Shown here: one piece after another, positions 55,552-64,000 of the stretch
Layout: each line of letters opens with the position of its first letter
Numbering within the stretch: position 1 is the first letter of the stretch
Assembly (NCBI GenBank): GCA_963719225.1
Contig: CAVRAY010000002.1
Location: 736,001-800,000, forward strand
Length of the DNA: 64,000 bases
From: Thermoanaerobaculia bacterium
GTDB taxonomy: Bacteria; Acidobacteriota; Thermoanaerobaculia; UBA5066
Direction of reading: 5' to 3'
Made by a program: the position numbers and the translations under genes
Notes under the pieces: model-generated
Told to the model about the DNA's origin: nothing
What the model saw: the letters and a program-made list of their open reading frames with translations, nothing else
Database searches by the model: none

Positions 55552-57314
55552 GTCGGGCTCACGATCCGCACGAGGGCGTTCCGAGGAGACCCGGGAGCGA
55601 CGAGGCCGCTCCGCTCGCCACGCGCGGGCCGGGGCGCGTAGGAGGAGACGTCGAAGGCGGCCACCGCGAGACCGAGGCCGAGGGCGAGCGGAAACGAACG
55701 CAGCGAGATTCGCGCCAGGAGGAGTCCGAGGCACGCCGCCAGCAGAGGGAAGACGAAGAGAAGGGAGCGCGGCGCCGGGCCGGGCCCCGGATCGGCCCCC
55801 GAGGCGACGCAGGACACGAGGGTGAGCGCGCCCGCGAGGCCGAGCGGCGCGAGACCCTGGGCGACGGTGCGGCCGCGCCGGAGCGCTTCCGGGAAGGGGC
55901 GTAACGCGAGGCCGGCGGCGGCGAGGTACAGGGCCGCGAGCGCCAGCGCGGCCGGGCGCCGCCAGGCATCGAACGGCGCGGCGCCGGCCGCCGGGTCGAC
56001 CGCGGCGACGAGTTCAGGGAGCCGGACCGTGGCGAGCCGCTCCAGGGTCACGAAGCGGTCCCCGGAGCGCGCGGCCGGCCCTGTCTCGGTGCCGTGCACG
56101 CCGGTGACGAGCCACGGAGCCGCCCCGAGCGCGAATCCGGCTGCCGCGAACGCGACGGCCCGAACGGCGCCGCGGCCGCCGTGCCGCGGGCGCGCCACGA
56201 GGAGGAAGCCGGGCACGGCGAACGCGAAGGCATCGGCCGAGCTCCAGGCGGCGAGCCCGGCTGCGACGCCGAAAAGAGCCGGCAGCATGGCCGAGCCCTC
56301 GCGTTCGCGCGACTCGGCGGCGACCCAGAGCGCGGCCAGCCCGAGAAGCAGGGCCTCCGGAGGGCCGTCCGGCGGCGAGGTCCCGCGCAGAGGGGACGGC
56401 GAGGGAAACGCGAAGACGAGGAGCGCGAAGCACGCCGCCTGGCGCCCCGCGAGACGCCGGACGAGGAAGAAGAAAACGAGGAGCAAGAGGAGCCACGGGA
56501 GAATCGGCGCCACCGCGGCCGCGCCTCGCGGAACGCTTTCGGACGCGCGAGCGGCGTACGGGGTCGCCCGGAGCGCGACGCCGCCCGCGAGGCCCGCGAG
56601 CGCGAACAGGCTCCACCCGTCCCAGCGCGAGGAGAGGAGCGCGAGGTAGCTCCCGCTCGTCGTGAGGATGTGCATCTTCGAGACGCCGTGAACGCGTACC
56701 GTGAAGCGGATCGGCACCTCGACGATCGTGTGTCCCTTCCGGGTCGCGTTGATGAGGAGTTCCGGCAGGAACGCGAAGTTGTCGTTGCGGAACGCGAGGC
56801 CGCGGAGCACCCCGGCGCGGTAGACGCGGAAGCCCGACGTCTTGTCGCGCGTCTCGAGGTTCCAGAGGAAGCGCATTGCGGCGTTCATCGAGGTGCTCAG
56901 GACCCTCTTCCAGAGCGGGATGCCGATCACGGAGCTCCCGTGAACGAAGCGCGAGCCGACGACGATGTCCGCGCCGGACCTCTCGAGCGCCGCGAGGAGC
57001 TCCGGGATCTCTTCGGGCTGGTGGTTGAGGTCGGCGTCCATCGTGACGACGACGTCCGCGTCGGCGCGGACGGCCGCGAAGCCCCGCCGGAAGGCCGCGC
57101 CGAGACCGGAGGGCTCCGCGCGGTAGAGGACCTTCACGCGGGGAACCTTCCGGGCCACCTCCTCGAGCGCCTCGCGCGTTCCGTCCGTCCCCTCGACGAC
57201 GTAGAGGAGCTCCCAGTCAACGCCGAGGCCGTCGAGCGTCCGCCGGAGCCGCTCCGTCAGCGGGCCCACGTTCCCGCGCTCGTTGTAGGCGGCGATGACG
57301 ACGGAGACCTTCAT
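55548..57314 (-). CDS. GT2 polyprenol-phosphate sugar synthase (Dpm1-like) fused to a multi-pass membrane domain
   Basis: VVIAAYNE, GLGAA...G, MDADLNH, VGSRF, D.TSGFR, R..G.SK, then ~8 TMs. Confidence 0.82.
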   Translation of the reverse strand: MKVSVVIAAYNERGNVGPLTERLRRTLDGLGVDWELLYVVEGTDGTREALEEVARKVPRVKVLYRAEPSGLGAAFRRGFAAVRADADVVVTMDADLNHQPEEIPELLAALERSGADIVVGSRFVHGSSVIGIPLWKRVLSTSMNAAMRFLWNLETRDKTSGFRVYRAGVLRGLAFRNDNFAFLPELLINATRKGHTIVEVPIRFTVRVHGVSKMHILTTSGSYLALLSSRWDGWSLFALAGLAGGVALRATPYAARASESVPRGAAAVAPILPWLLLLLVFFFLVRRLAGRQAACFALLVFAFPSPSPLRGTSPPDGPPEALLLGLAALWVAAESREREGSAMLPALFGVAAGLAAWSSADAFAFAVPGFLLVARPRHGGRGAVRAVAFAAAGFALGAAPWLVTGVHGTETGPAARSGDRFVTLERLATVRLPELVAAVDPAAGAAPFDAWRRPAALALAALYLAAAGLALRPFPEALRRGRTVAQGLAPLGLAGALTLVSCVASGADPGPGPAPRSLLFVFPLLAACLGLLLARISLRSFPLALGLGLAVAAFDVSSYAPRPARGERSGLVAPGSPRNALVRIVSPT

Positions 57315-58000
57315 CTCGGCTTGCGGGCGACGACGACGAGGTGGATGAAGAGGTCCCGCGGCCCGAAGGACAGCGTGACGGGCTCGAGTCCCGTCCCCTC
57401 GAGCATCGCGGCCGCGTGCGCGCGCGAGCGGAGCCGGTTGACCTCGTCCGGGAAGAACCGGAACGGCGCGCCGGGCCGCGACCTCAGCGCCTCGACGGGT
57501 GCGAGAACGAGCCTCGAGCTCCCGAATTCCGGCGGCCAGAAGAGGAGCGCGACCCCGCCCGGCCGCAGGACGCGCGCGAACTCGGCAAGCAGGGTGCGGC
57601 CCTCCTCCGGCGCGAAGTGCTCCATGACGCCGAGATTCCAGAGTCCGGCGACGGAGCCGTCCCGGAACGGCAGGCGGAAGAGATCGCCCTGAAGGAGGCC
57701 TCGGAAGACGGGCACGCGGCGCGCGGCCACCACGGCGAGCCGCGAGATGTCCATCGCGACGAGCGTCCGCCCCCGGGGGTCGATCCGCGACGACGACTCG
57801 GCGGTTCCGCAGCCCGCCTCGACGAGGACCCCGTCCTCCGGAAAGTGCGCGTCCGCGAACGCGCGGACGGCGCGGCTCAGGAGCTCCGTGCGGACGAGGG
57901 AGGCGATCCGGCCGAACAGCGAGTTCCGCCCGCTGAGAGCGGCCCAGTGGTCGTTCCAGACGCGCGCGTCGTCGCGCGAGGCGCCGTCAGGTGCGGGCAT
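57311..58000 (-). CDS. Class I SAM-dependent methyltransferase
   Basis: VEAGCGT, MDIS, GD...LPF, GVMEHF, RVLRPGG. Confidence 0.85.
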   Translation of the reverse strand: MPAPDGASRDDARVWNDHWAALSGRNSLFGRIASLVRTELLSRAVRAFADAHFPEDGVLVEAGCGTAESSSRIDPRGRTLVAMDISRLAVVAARRVPVFRGLLQGDLFRLPFRDGSVAGLWNLGVMEHFAPEEGRTLLAEFARVLRPGGVALLFWPPEFGSSRLVLAPVEALRSRPGAPFRFFPDEVNRLRSRAHAAAMLEGTGLEPVTLSFGPRDLFIHLVVVARKPR

Positions 58001-58955
58001 CCGGGCCCTCGGCGCCTCCGCTTCCCCCCGGCACGCGCGCCTCGACGACGTACCGCGGGCGTCGGCGCGTCTCGTCGAGGTTGCGCCACAGGTATTCGCC
58101 GATCATCCCCATGACGAGCAGCTGCGCGCCCGACACGACGAGCAGCACGATCATGAGAGAGGCCCAGCCCTGCACCTTCAAGTCGAAGGCGAAGTGGGCG
58201 AAGACGATGAAAAGCGCGTACAGGAGCCCGGCGACCGAGACGAAAAGGCCGAGGAGAGAGGCCGCCCGGATCGGGACGTACGAGAACGCGACGAACGAGT
58301 CGATGAAATACTTGACCTTGCGGCCGAAGCCCCACATCGACTTCCCGTACCGCGCGTCGCGCGCGAGGCGGCGGAACGGGACGACCGCGGGGTCGAAGCC
58401 GAGCCAGAGGACGAGCCCCATGAGGTAGGCGTTGCTCTCCTGGATCCCGAGGAGGAGGTCTCGCACGGTGCGGTCGACGACGAAGAAGTCGAACCCGCCC
58501 TCCGGCATCGTCGCGATCGCGTACCGGCGGAACAGGCGGTAGAAAATGCTGGCGAGAAACGCGGTCGCGGGTGGGTCGTCGCGCCCCTCGCGCGCCGCGA
58601 GGACGACCCTCTTTCCGCCGCGCCAGAGCGCGAGCATCGCGTCGAGCGTCTCGGGAGGGTCTTGCAGGTCGGCGGAGATCGTCGCGACGGCGTCCCCGTC
58701 CGCTTCCGCGAGCCCCGCGAGAAGCGCCGCGTTCGAGCCGAAGTTGCGCGAGAGCTTCACGGCCGTGACGCGCGGCTCGGTCGCGGCAAGCGCGAGGAGG
58801 ACCGCGAAGGACTCGTCCTTCGAGCCGTCGTCCACGAACACGAACCGGAACGCGTCGAGAGGGTGCCGGCCCGCGAGCGCCTGCAGGCGCGCGAGGAGGT
58901 CGGGCAGGCTCGCGGCGTTGTGGAAGACGGGAACGACGACCGAGATTCTGCTCAT
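57987..58955 (-). CDS. GT2 bactoprenol glycosyltransferase (GtrB/YkoT-like)
   Basis: SVVVPVF, VDDGS.D, SRNFG, ADLQDPPE, two C-terminal TMs, IGEYL.R...RP.Y. Confidence 0.9.
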   Translation of the reverse strand: MSRISVVVPVFHNAASLPDLLARLQALAGRHPLDAFRFVFVDDGSKDESFAVLLALAATEPRVTAVKLSRNFGSNAALLAGLAEADGDAVATISADLQDPPETLDAMLALWRGGKRVVLAAREGRDDPPATAFLASIFYRLFRRYAIATMPEGGFDFFVVDRTVRDLLLGIQESNAYLMGLVLWLGFDPAVVPFRRLARDARYGKSMWGFGRKVKYFIDSFVAFSYVPIRAASLLGLFVSVAGLLYALFIVFAHFAFDLKVQGWASLMIVLLVVSGAQLLVMGMIGEYLWRNLDETRRRPRYVVEARVPGGSGGAEGPDART

Positions 58956-59695
58956 GCGAAATGGCGGAGGACGGCCGCCCGGTCCTCCGCCGAGACCTCC
59001 CGGACGGCTCGCGCGGGGATCCCGGCGACGACCGACCAGTCGGGGACGTCGTGCGTGACGACGGCGCCGGCCGCGACGATCGCGCCGACGCCGACCGTGA
59101 TTCCGGCCGCGAGGTTCGCGCCGGTCCCGACGAGGGCGAACCGGCGGATCCGCGGGCCGCGCGCCTCCCATGGGGCGAGACCGAATCGTCGCAGGTAGAC
59201 CTCGTTGTCGTTCACGGTCAGGACGCCGGGACCGATGAAGACGTCCTCCTCGATCTCCATGTTTCCCGTCAGGATCGCGCCGTCGATGACGCGCGTCCGC
59301 GCGCCGATCGTCGTGTCGTACATGACGAGGACGCCGCGCCCGAGGACGACGTCCTCGCCGATGCGGCAGCCTTCGCGCACGGAGGCGAGGTCGCCGACCA
59401 TCGCCCGCGCGCCGAACGTCGACCCGGTGTAGAGAACGGCGTTCGCGCCGACGACGCAGCGCGCGCCGAGAACGAGCGCCCCGGGCGCGGCCGGGACGGG
59501 CCGCGTCGTGTTCCCGGTCGTCATCGGCGGGCGGCCGAGAACGGCGCCGTCGTGGATCGTCGAGCCGTCCCCGACGGACACGTCCGCGTGGATCGTCACG
59601 TGGCGGCCCAGCGAGACCCCGACGCCGAGACGTGCCTCAGGCGAAACCGCGGCGTCGCCGGCCGGCGTCGGGATCGCCTCGGGACGTGTCGTCAT
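58952..59695 (-). CDS. Hexapeptide-repeat acyltransferase (sugar N/O-acyltransferase family)
   Basis: Left-handed beta-helix hexads; VFIGPGV...ND; VAAGAVVTHDVP...VAGIPAR. Confidence 0.85.
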   Translation of the reverse strand: MTTRPEAIPTPAGDAAVSPEARLGVGVSLGRHVTIHADVSVGDGSTIHDGAVLGRPPMTTGNTTRPVPAAPGALVLGARCVVGANAVLYTGSTFGARAMVGDLASVREGCRIGEDVVLGRGVLVMYDTTIGARTRVIDGAILTGNMEIEEDVFIGPGVLTVNDNEVYLRRFGLAPWEARGPRIRRFALVGTGANLAAGITVGVGAIVAAGAVVTHDVPDWSVVAGIPARAVREVSAEDRAAVLRHFA

Positions 59696-59706
59696 CGTCG
59701 TCAACC

Positions 59707-60696
59707 CTACCAGTAGTGCGCCTTGTTCACGCGGTAGAACGCGACCGTCCTTTCGAGGCCCTCGCGCAGCGGCGTCCGTGGCTCCCAGCCCAGGATCCGC
59801 CGGATCTTCGAGATATCCGAGTAGAAGTCGCCGGGCTCCTGCGCCTTGCGTTCGGCGGAGAACGGCGCGAACTCCCAGGGCGCGCCGGTCAGGGAGGAGA
59901 GCGTCTGGGCGAGCTCCCGGAACGTCGTCGGCACGTCCACGCCCACGTTCAGGATCTCCGCGCGGGCCGCCTCCGAGGCGGCCGCGAGCAGGATGGCCTC
60001 GACGCAATCGTCGACGAAGAGGAAGTCGCGCCGGATCGTGCCGTCCCCGAACACCTTCATCGGCTCTCCGTCCACCGCGAGCCGGACGAACCAGTTCACG
60101 ACGCCGTACCGGGAGTGCTTCATCTGCGCGCGCGGCCCGTACACGTTCGTGAGCCTGAGGAGCGCGGACGGGATCCCGTGCACGCGGTCGTAGACCTCGA
60201 CGATCTTCTCGGCCGTGAGGTTCGAGATCTCGTAGATCCCGCGCGGGTTCGTCGGCGCGTCCTCAGCGACGGGAAGAGACACCGCGGGCCCGTACTGGCC
60301 GCGCGTACCCGTGTAGACGACCTTCGCCCGAGGGGCGTGGTGCTTGACGGCCTCCATGACGACGGCCGTCCCCTTCACGTTCATGTCGATGTCGGGAAAC
60401 GGGTCCGTGAGCGAGAGGACGTGGTCGACCTGTCCTGCGAGGTGGAAGACGAAATCCTGCCCCGCGACGAGGCCGTTCATCGCGCGCGCGTCGCGGATGT
60501 CGCACGCGTGCACCGCGACGCGGTCGCGCACGGGCTCGAGGTTGAAGGTGTTGCCTCCGTAGCCCGGGATCATCGCGTCCACGATCGTGACGTCGGCGCC
60601 GCTCTCGACGAGCGCGATCGCGAGGCTCGATCCGATGAAGCCCGCGCCGCCCGTGACGAGGGCGCGGGATCCCGCGAAGGACGGCGTGTGAGTCAC
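59707..60696 (-). CDS. NAD-dependent NDP-sugar epimerase/dehydratase
   Basis: VTGGAGFIGS, FHLAGQ, RLTNVYGPR, RDFLFVDD; the usual YxxxK reads YEISN. Confidence 0.88.
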   Translation of the reverse strand: MTHTPSFAGSRALVTGGAGFIGSSLAIALVESGADVTIVDAMIPGYGGNTFNLEPVRDRVAVHACDIRDARAMNGLVAGQDFVFHLAGQVDHVLSLTDPFPDIDMNVKGTAVVMEAVKHHAPRAKVVYTGTRGQYGPAVSLPVAEDAPTNPRGIYEISNLTAEKIVEVYDRVHGIPSALLRLTNVYGPRAQMKHSRYGVVNWFVRLAVDGEPMKVFGDGTIRRDFLFVDDCVEAILLAAASEAARAEILNVGVDVPTTFRELAQTLSSLTGAPWEFAPFSAERKAQEPGDFYSDISKIRRILGWEPRTPLREGLERTVAFYRVNKAHYW

Positions 60697-62549
60697 GCGG
60701 CGACCTCGTCCAGCCGCTCCGCGATGCGGCGCGCGGCGTCTCCCCACGTCCATTTCGCGGCCATCTCGGCCGCGGCGCGGCGCCCTTTCGCCGCGGCCTC
60801 GTCGGGATGCTCGGCGACGTGCCGGAACAGGTGGGCGAGGTGCTCGGGATCGGGGTCGGACCATCGGAAGCCCTTGTAGTAGGTCGCACGCGCGTCGGCG
60901 GGCACGACGCCGCGGACGCGGAGCGGATAGGAGATTCCCTCGTGGACGAACTCCGTGTGCGCGCCCCAGTCCGTCGCGATGGACGGCAGGCCGCACGCCA
61001 TCGCCTCCATGAGCGGCATGTCCCACCCCTCGCCGCGGCCGGCCGAGACGTAGCAGTCCGCGGAGCGGTAGAGCGAGCCGAGCTGGTGGTACGGGAACTC
61101 CTTGTTGTGGAGGAACGCGATCCGCCCGCCGTTCGACGACAGGCCGAGCGCCTCGATCTGCGCCTTCACGTTCGTCGTCCTGTTCACGTTGATGACCTTG
61201 CAGAGGAGGACGACGGGATCCTTGCGGCGGAACGTCTGGTTGAAGACCTTCAGGATCATGTCCGCGCGCTTCCTCTCGCCCCATTCGAAGTTCGCGAGGA
61301 AGACGAAGTCGCCGGCGGGATTCCTGACGCCGCGGATCGCCGGGTGGAAGTGGTCGACGTCGACCCCGAGCGGCATCACGCGCACCGGCTTCTTCAGCCC
61401 CGAGGCGAGGAAGCCGTCGCGGTTGAACGCGGACGGGACCCAGACCTCGTCCATCTCGTTGCCCTGCCGCACCCATTCCTTCGGGAAGCCGTCCACCTCG
61501 AGCATCGTGTAGCCGATCCGGGTGCGGCCCTTGTTGCGAAAGAAGACGTCGCCCTGGCCGTAGACGACGGAGACGCGCGGCCGCCGCCCGCTCTTCCGCG
61601 CCGAGACGACGTTCAGGAGGTAGTCGCGCGCGTCCTCGTCCTCGCGGACGGGGAAGGGCGTTCCCGGGCCCGTAGACGTACTCGTACGCGACGCGGATGC
61701 CTTCTGCGTCGCAGCGCGCGCAGGATCTCGCGGCAGCTCATCGCGTATCCGGTCGGGAAGTTCAGGATGGACTGCCACGACAGGTCGCGCCGGTAGCGGG
61801 CCTCGAGCTTTTCCTTCCAGAGACCCCCGAACGTCTTCCGGCTCTTCTGGAAGAGCGACTCGAACGTCTTCGGCGCGTCGGACGTCGATCCGTGCTCGTG
61901 GTGGACGAGCGTCACGGCGCCACAGACGACCGTCCGGAATCCCGCCTCCTTCGCGCGCAGGCAGAAGTCCGTGTCCTCGAAGTACGACTGGAACCGTTCG
62001 GAGAGGCCGCCGATCCGCGCGAGGACCTCGCGCCTGACGTACGCGCACGCGAAGACGATCCCCTCGACGTCGCGCGTCCGCGCGTACTGGTTCACGTCCG
62101 TCTCGAGAGCGCCGATCTGCTGCCCCCACAGCGTGTCCGGGAGCATGTACGTCCCCGCGTGGAGGAGGCGCCCGTCCGGGAGGACGAGCCGGCAGCCGAC
62201 GACGCCCACGTCGGGGGCCCCGTGCGCCGCCTCGCGCAGCGCGTCGAGCCAGCCCGGCTGGTGGATCTCGACGTCGTTGTTCAGAAGCACGACGTCCGCA
62301 TTCGGGCGGCGCCGCGGCGATCCCGGCGTTGTTCCCGCGCACGTAGCCGAGGTTCGTCGCGTTCGTGACGACGCGCACCCACGGGATCTCGCGAAGCCGC
62401 GCGGGCGTCTCGTCCGTCGACCCGTTGTCGACGGCGATGACGTCGGCGTGCGCGAGGTCCGTGTTCGCCTTCAGCGTCTCGAGACAGCGCCGCGTCAGCT
62501 CCCAGCGGTTCCAGCAGAGGACGACGATCGCCGCCCGGCGGGGCGTCAC
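60693..62549 (-). CDS. GT2 + GT4 bifunctional glycosyltransferase; frameshifts near 62300 and 61705
   Basis: VDNGSTD, NLGY..GNN, LLNND, YFEDTDFC; then EVWVPS, FEWGERK, GEGWDMP.MEAMACG. Confidence 0.82.
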   Translation of the reverse strand: MTPRRAAIVVLCWNRWELTRRCLETLKANTDLAHADVIAVDNGSTDETPARLREIPWVRVVTNATNLGYVRGNNAGIAAAPPECGRRASEQRRRDPPAGLARRAARGGARGPRRGRRRLPARPPGRAPPPRGDVHAPGHAVGAADRRSRDGREPVRADARRRGDRLRVRVRQARGPRADRRPLRTVPVVLRGHGLLPAREGGGIPDGRLWRRDARPPRARIDVRRAEDVRVALPEEPEDVRGSLEGKARGPLPARPVVAVHPELPDRIRDELPRDPARAATQKASASRTSTSTGPGTPFPVREDEDARDYLLNVVSARKSGRRPRVSVVYGQGDVFFRNKGRTRIGYTMLEVDGFPKEWVRQGNEMDEVWVPSAFNRDGFLASGLKKPVRVMPLGVDVDHFHPAIRGVRNPAGDFVFLANFEWGERKRADMILKVFNQTFRRKDPVVLLCKVINVNRTTNVKAQIEALGLSSNGGRIAFLHNKEFPYHQLGSLYRSADCYVSAGRGEGWDMPLMEAMACGLPSIATDWGAHTEFVHEGISYPLRVRGVVPADARATYYKGFRWSDPDPEHLAHLFRHVAEHPDEAAAKGRRAAAEMAAKWTWGDAARRIAERLDEVAA

Positions 62550-62813
62550 GCCTTCTCCCGGGGCGGGAGACGCTTCCAGAGGAGCGCCATCTCGGGCGCG
62601 ACGTCCGCCCGCGTCATCTCGATCGTCTCGTGCCAGCCCTCGAGGCGGAAGGGCGCATCGGCGACGCCGTCGCCGCCGCGCGCGAGCGCGAGCGCTGCCT
62701 CGAGAGGCAGCGCCCTCAGCGACGCCGCCTCGCGCGCGGAGAGCTCGCGCACGAGCGCGCGCAGCTCCGCGGCCTCCTTCCGGAGCCTGCTCGAGCTCGG
62801 AGGACTCGCTCAC
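62546..62813 (-). CDS. Small hypothetical protein (frameshift near 62786)
   Basis: GTG overlaps the upstream stop and its own stop overlaps the downstream start; joined frames give VSESSELEQLRKEAAELRALVREL... Confidence 0.5.
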
Positions 62814-63073
62814 CACTTCCGGCCCACGAGCCCGCGCAGCCACTGGATCGCCCGCCACGGGGCGGACGCCTTCACCGCCGCGACGTAGGCCTCGGCCTCG
62901 TCCGTCCGGTTCTTCAGGGCGACACGGTCCGTCTCCAGCTCCGCGACGCGGTAGGCGAGACGCTGGACCTCGTCCTCGAGCCTGCCGACGGCGGCGAGCG
63001 CCATCTCGCGTTCGTGCCGCGCCCGCTCGACTCGGGCCGACACCCAGTCGTCGTCGGGAACCTGCAGGACCAC
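62810..63073 (-). CDS. Small coiled-coil protein with C-terminal amphipathic S..WR...LR motif
   Basis: Heptads followed by KASAPWRAIQWLRGL; TATACT 6 nt before the GTG. Confidence 0.65.
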   Translation of the reverse strand: MVLQVPDDDWVSARVERARHEREMALAAVGRLEDEVQRLAYRVAELETDRVALKNRTDEAEAYVAAVKASAPWRAIQWLRGLVGRKW

Positions 63074-63110
63074 CGGTCAAGTATAGGCGGCGGGATGGGC
63101 CGGTTCCCGG

Positions 63111-64000
63111 TCAGCCGCCGAGCGCGCGGAGCCGCTCCTCGATCCGCGCCGCCGTGTGTCCCCACGTCCACTTCGCGGCGGCCTCGGTCGCGGCGGCAGC
63201 GCCCTTCGCCCGGGCCTCCTCGCGGTGCGTGAACACGTGCCGCAGCTTCGCGACGAGGTCGTCCGGGTCCGGGTCGGCCCAGCGGAAGCCCTCGTAGTAC
63301 GGGCACTTCGCGTCGGCGGGCACGAGGCCGCGGACGGCGAGCGGGTAGCCGACGCCCTCGTTCAGGAACTCCGACGGCCCGCTCCACGGCGTCGCGATCG
63401 TCGGCAGGCCGCAGGCCATCGCCTCGAGGATCGGCATCCCCCAGCCTTCGCCGCGCGACGGCAGGACGAACGCGTCCGCGCCCTGATAGAGCGTCGCGAG
63501 CTGGCTCGAGCGGACGTGCGTGTTGTAGAGGAGGGCGACGGGCGGTCCGTCGTTCGGGAGACCGAGCGCCTCGATCTGCGCGGCGACGTCGACGTGCCCG
63601 TCGTGGTTGTTCGCGCGGAGGAGAAGAAGCACGTCTTTCCTTCTCGGGCCCTGAGAAAGCGGCGGCATACGCGCGCAGGAGCACTTCGGGCGCCTTCCGC
63701 TCCCCCCACTCGAAGACGGACAGGAACGTGAAGCGCTCGCTCGCGCGGCGCGCGCCGGCGGCGGGGCGGAAACGCGCGGCGTCGTAGCCGAGGGGAACGA
63801 CGCGGATCGGCTTCGTGACTCCGCTCGCGGCGAACCGCTCCGCCCCCCACTGAGAGGGCGTCCATACCTCGTCCATCGCGTTGCAGGCGTCCGCCCAGGC
63901 GCGCGGAATGCCGTCCACCTCGAGCATCGTGAAGCCGACTTTCGGGCCCGGATGACTCGTGTAGAAGAGGTCCGCCTGCTCGTAGCTCACCTGCGGTGCG
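63111..64000 (-). CDS. GT4 glycosyltransferase, 5' truncated; frameshift near 63650
   Basis: TMLEVDG, DEVWTPS, FEWGERK, SRGEGWGMP.LEAMACG; paralogous to the GT4 half of 60693..62549. Confidence 0.85.

Overview
Very GC-rich bacterial chromosomal segment. Gene content and style suggest Acidobacteriota (Thermoanaerobaculia-like); this is inference, since no marker RNA gene is present. The left half holds housekeeping genes (ruvC, yebC, mtaB, a BtuFCD-type ABC transporter, accD, folC, dgt, glyA, nadE, a formiminotransferase, lpxC, smpB). These are mixed with signalling genes: a pseudo-receiver/Ser-Thr kinase/TonB-C fusion, an ECF sigma/anti-sigma/CHAT protease module, an NtrY/NtrX-like pair and a GAF/HD-GYP protein. 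The right 24 kb is a cell-surface locus. Four unrelated secreted cargo proteins and one free-standing small protein there all end in the same ~120-aa domain (PCR..DTR...CG.P...N.T...RANN...DVNGYF/Y). They are interleaved with five GT-C-fold membrane glycosyltransferase-like genes and a glycan-synthesis operon. This is the best candidate for an undescribed surface display or glycosylation system. A second, different C-terminal module is shared by two large secreted proteins. Several sigma-54-type promoters are visible, including one at lpxC with an upstream palindrome, as are many apparently leaderless starts. Numerous single-base frameshifts look like long-read assembly errors. No rRNA, tRNA, CRISPR array or mobile element was found.
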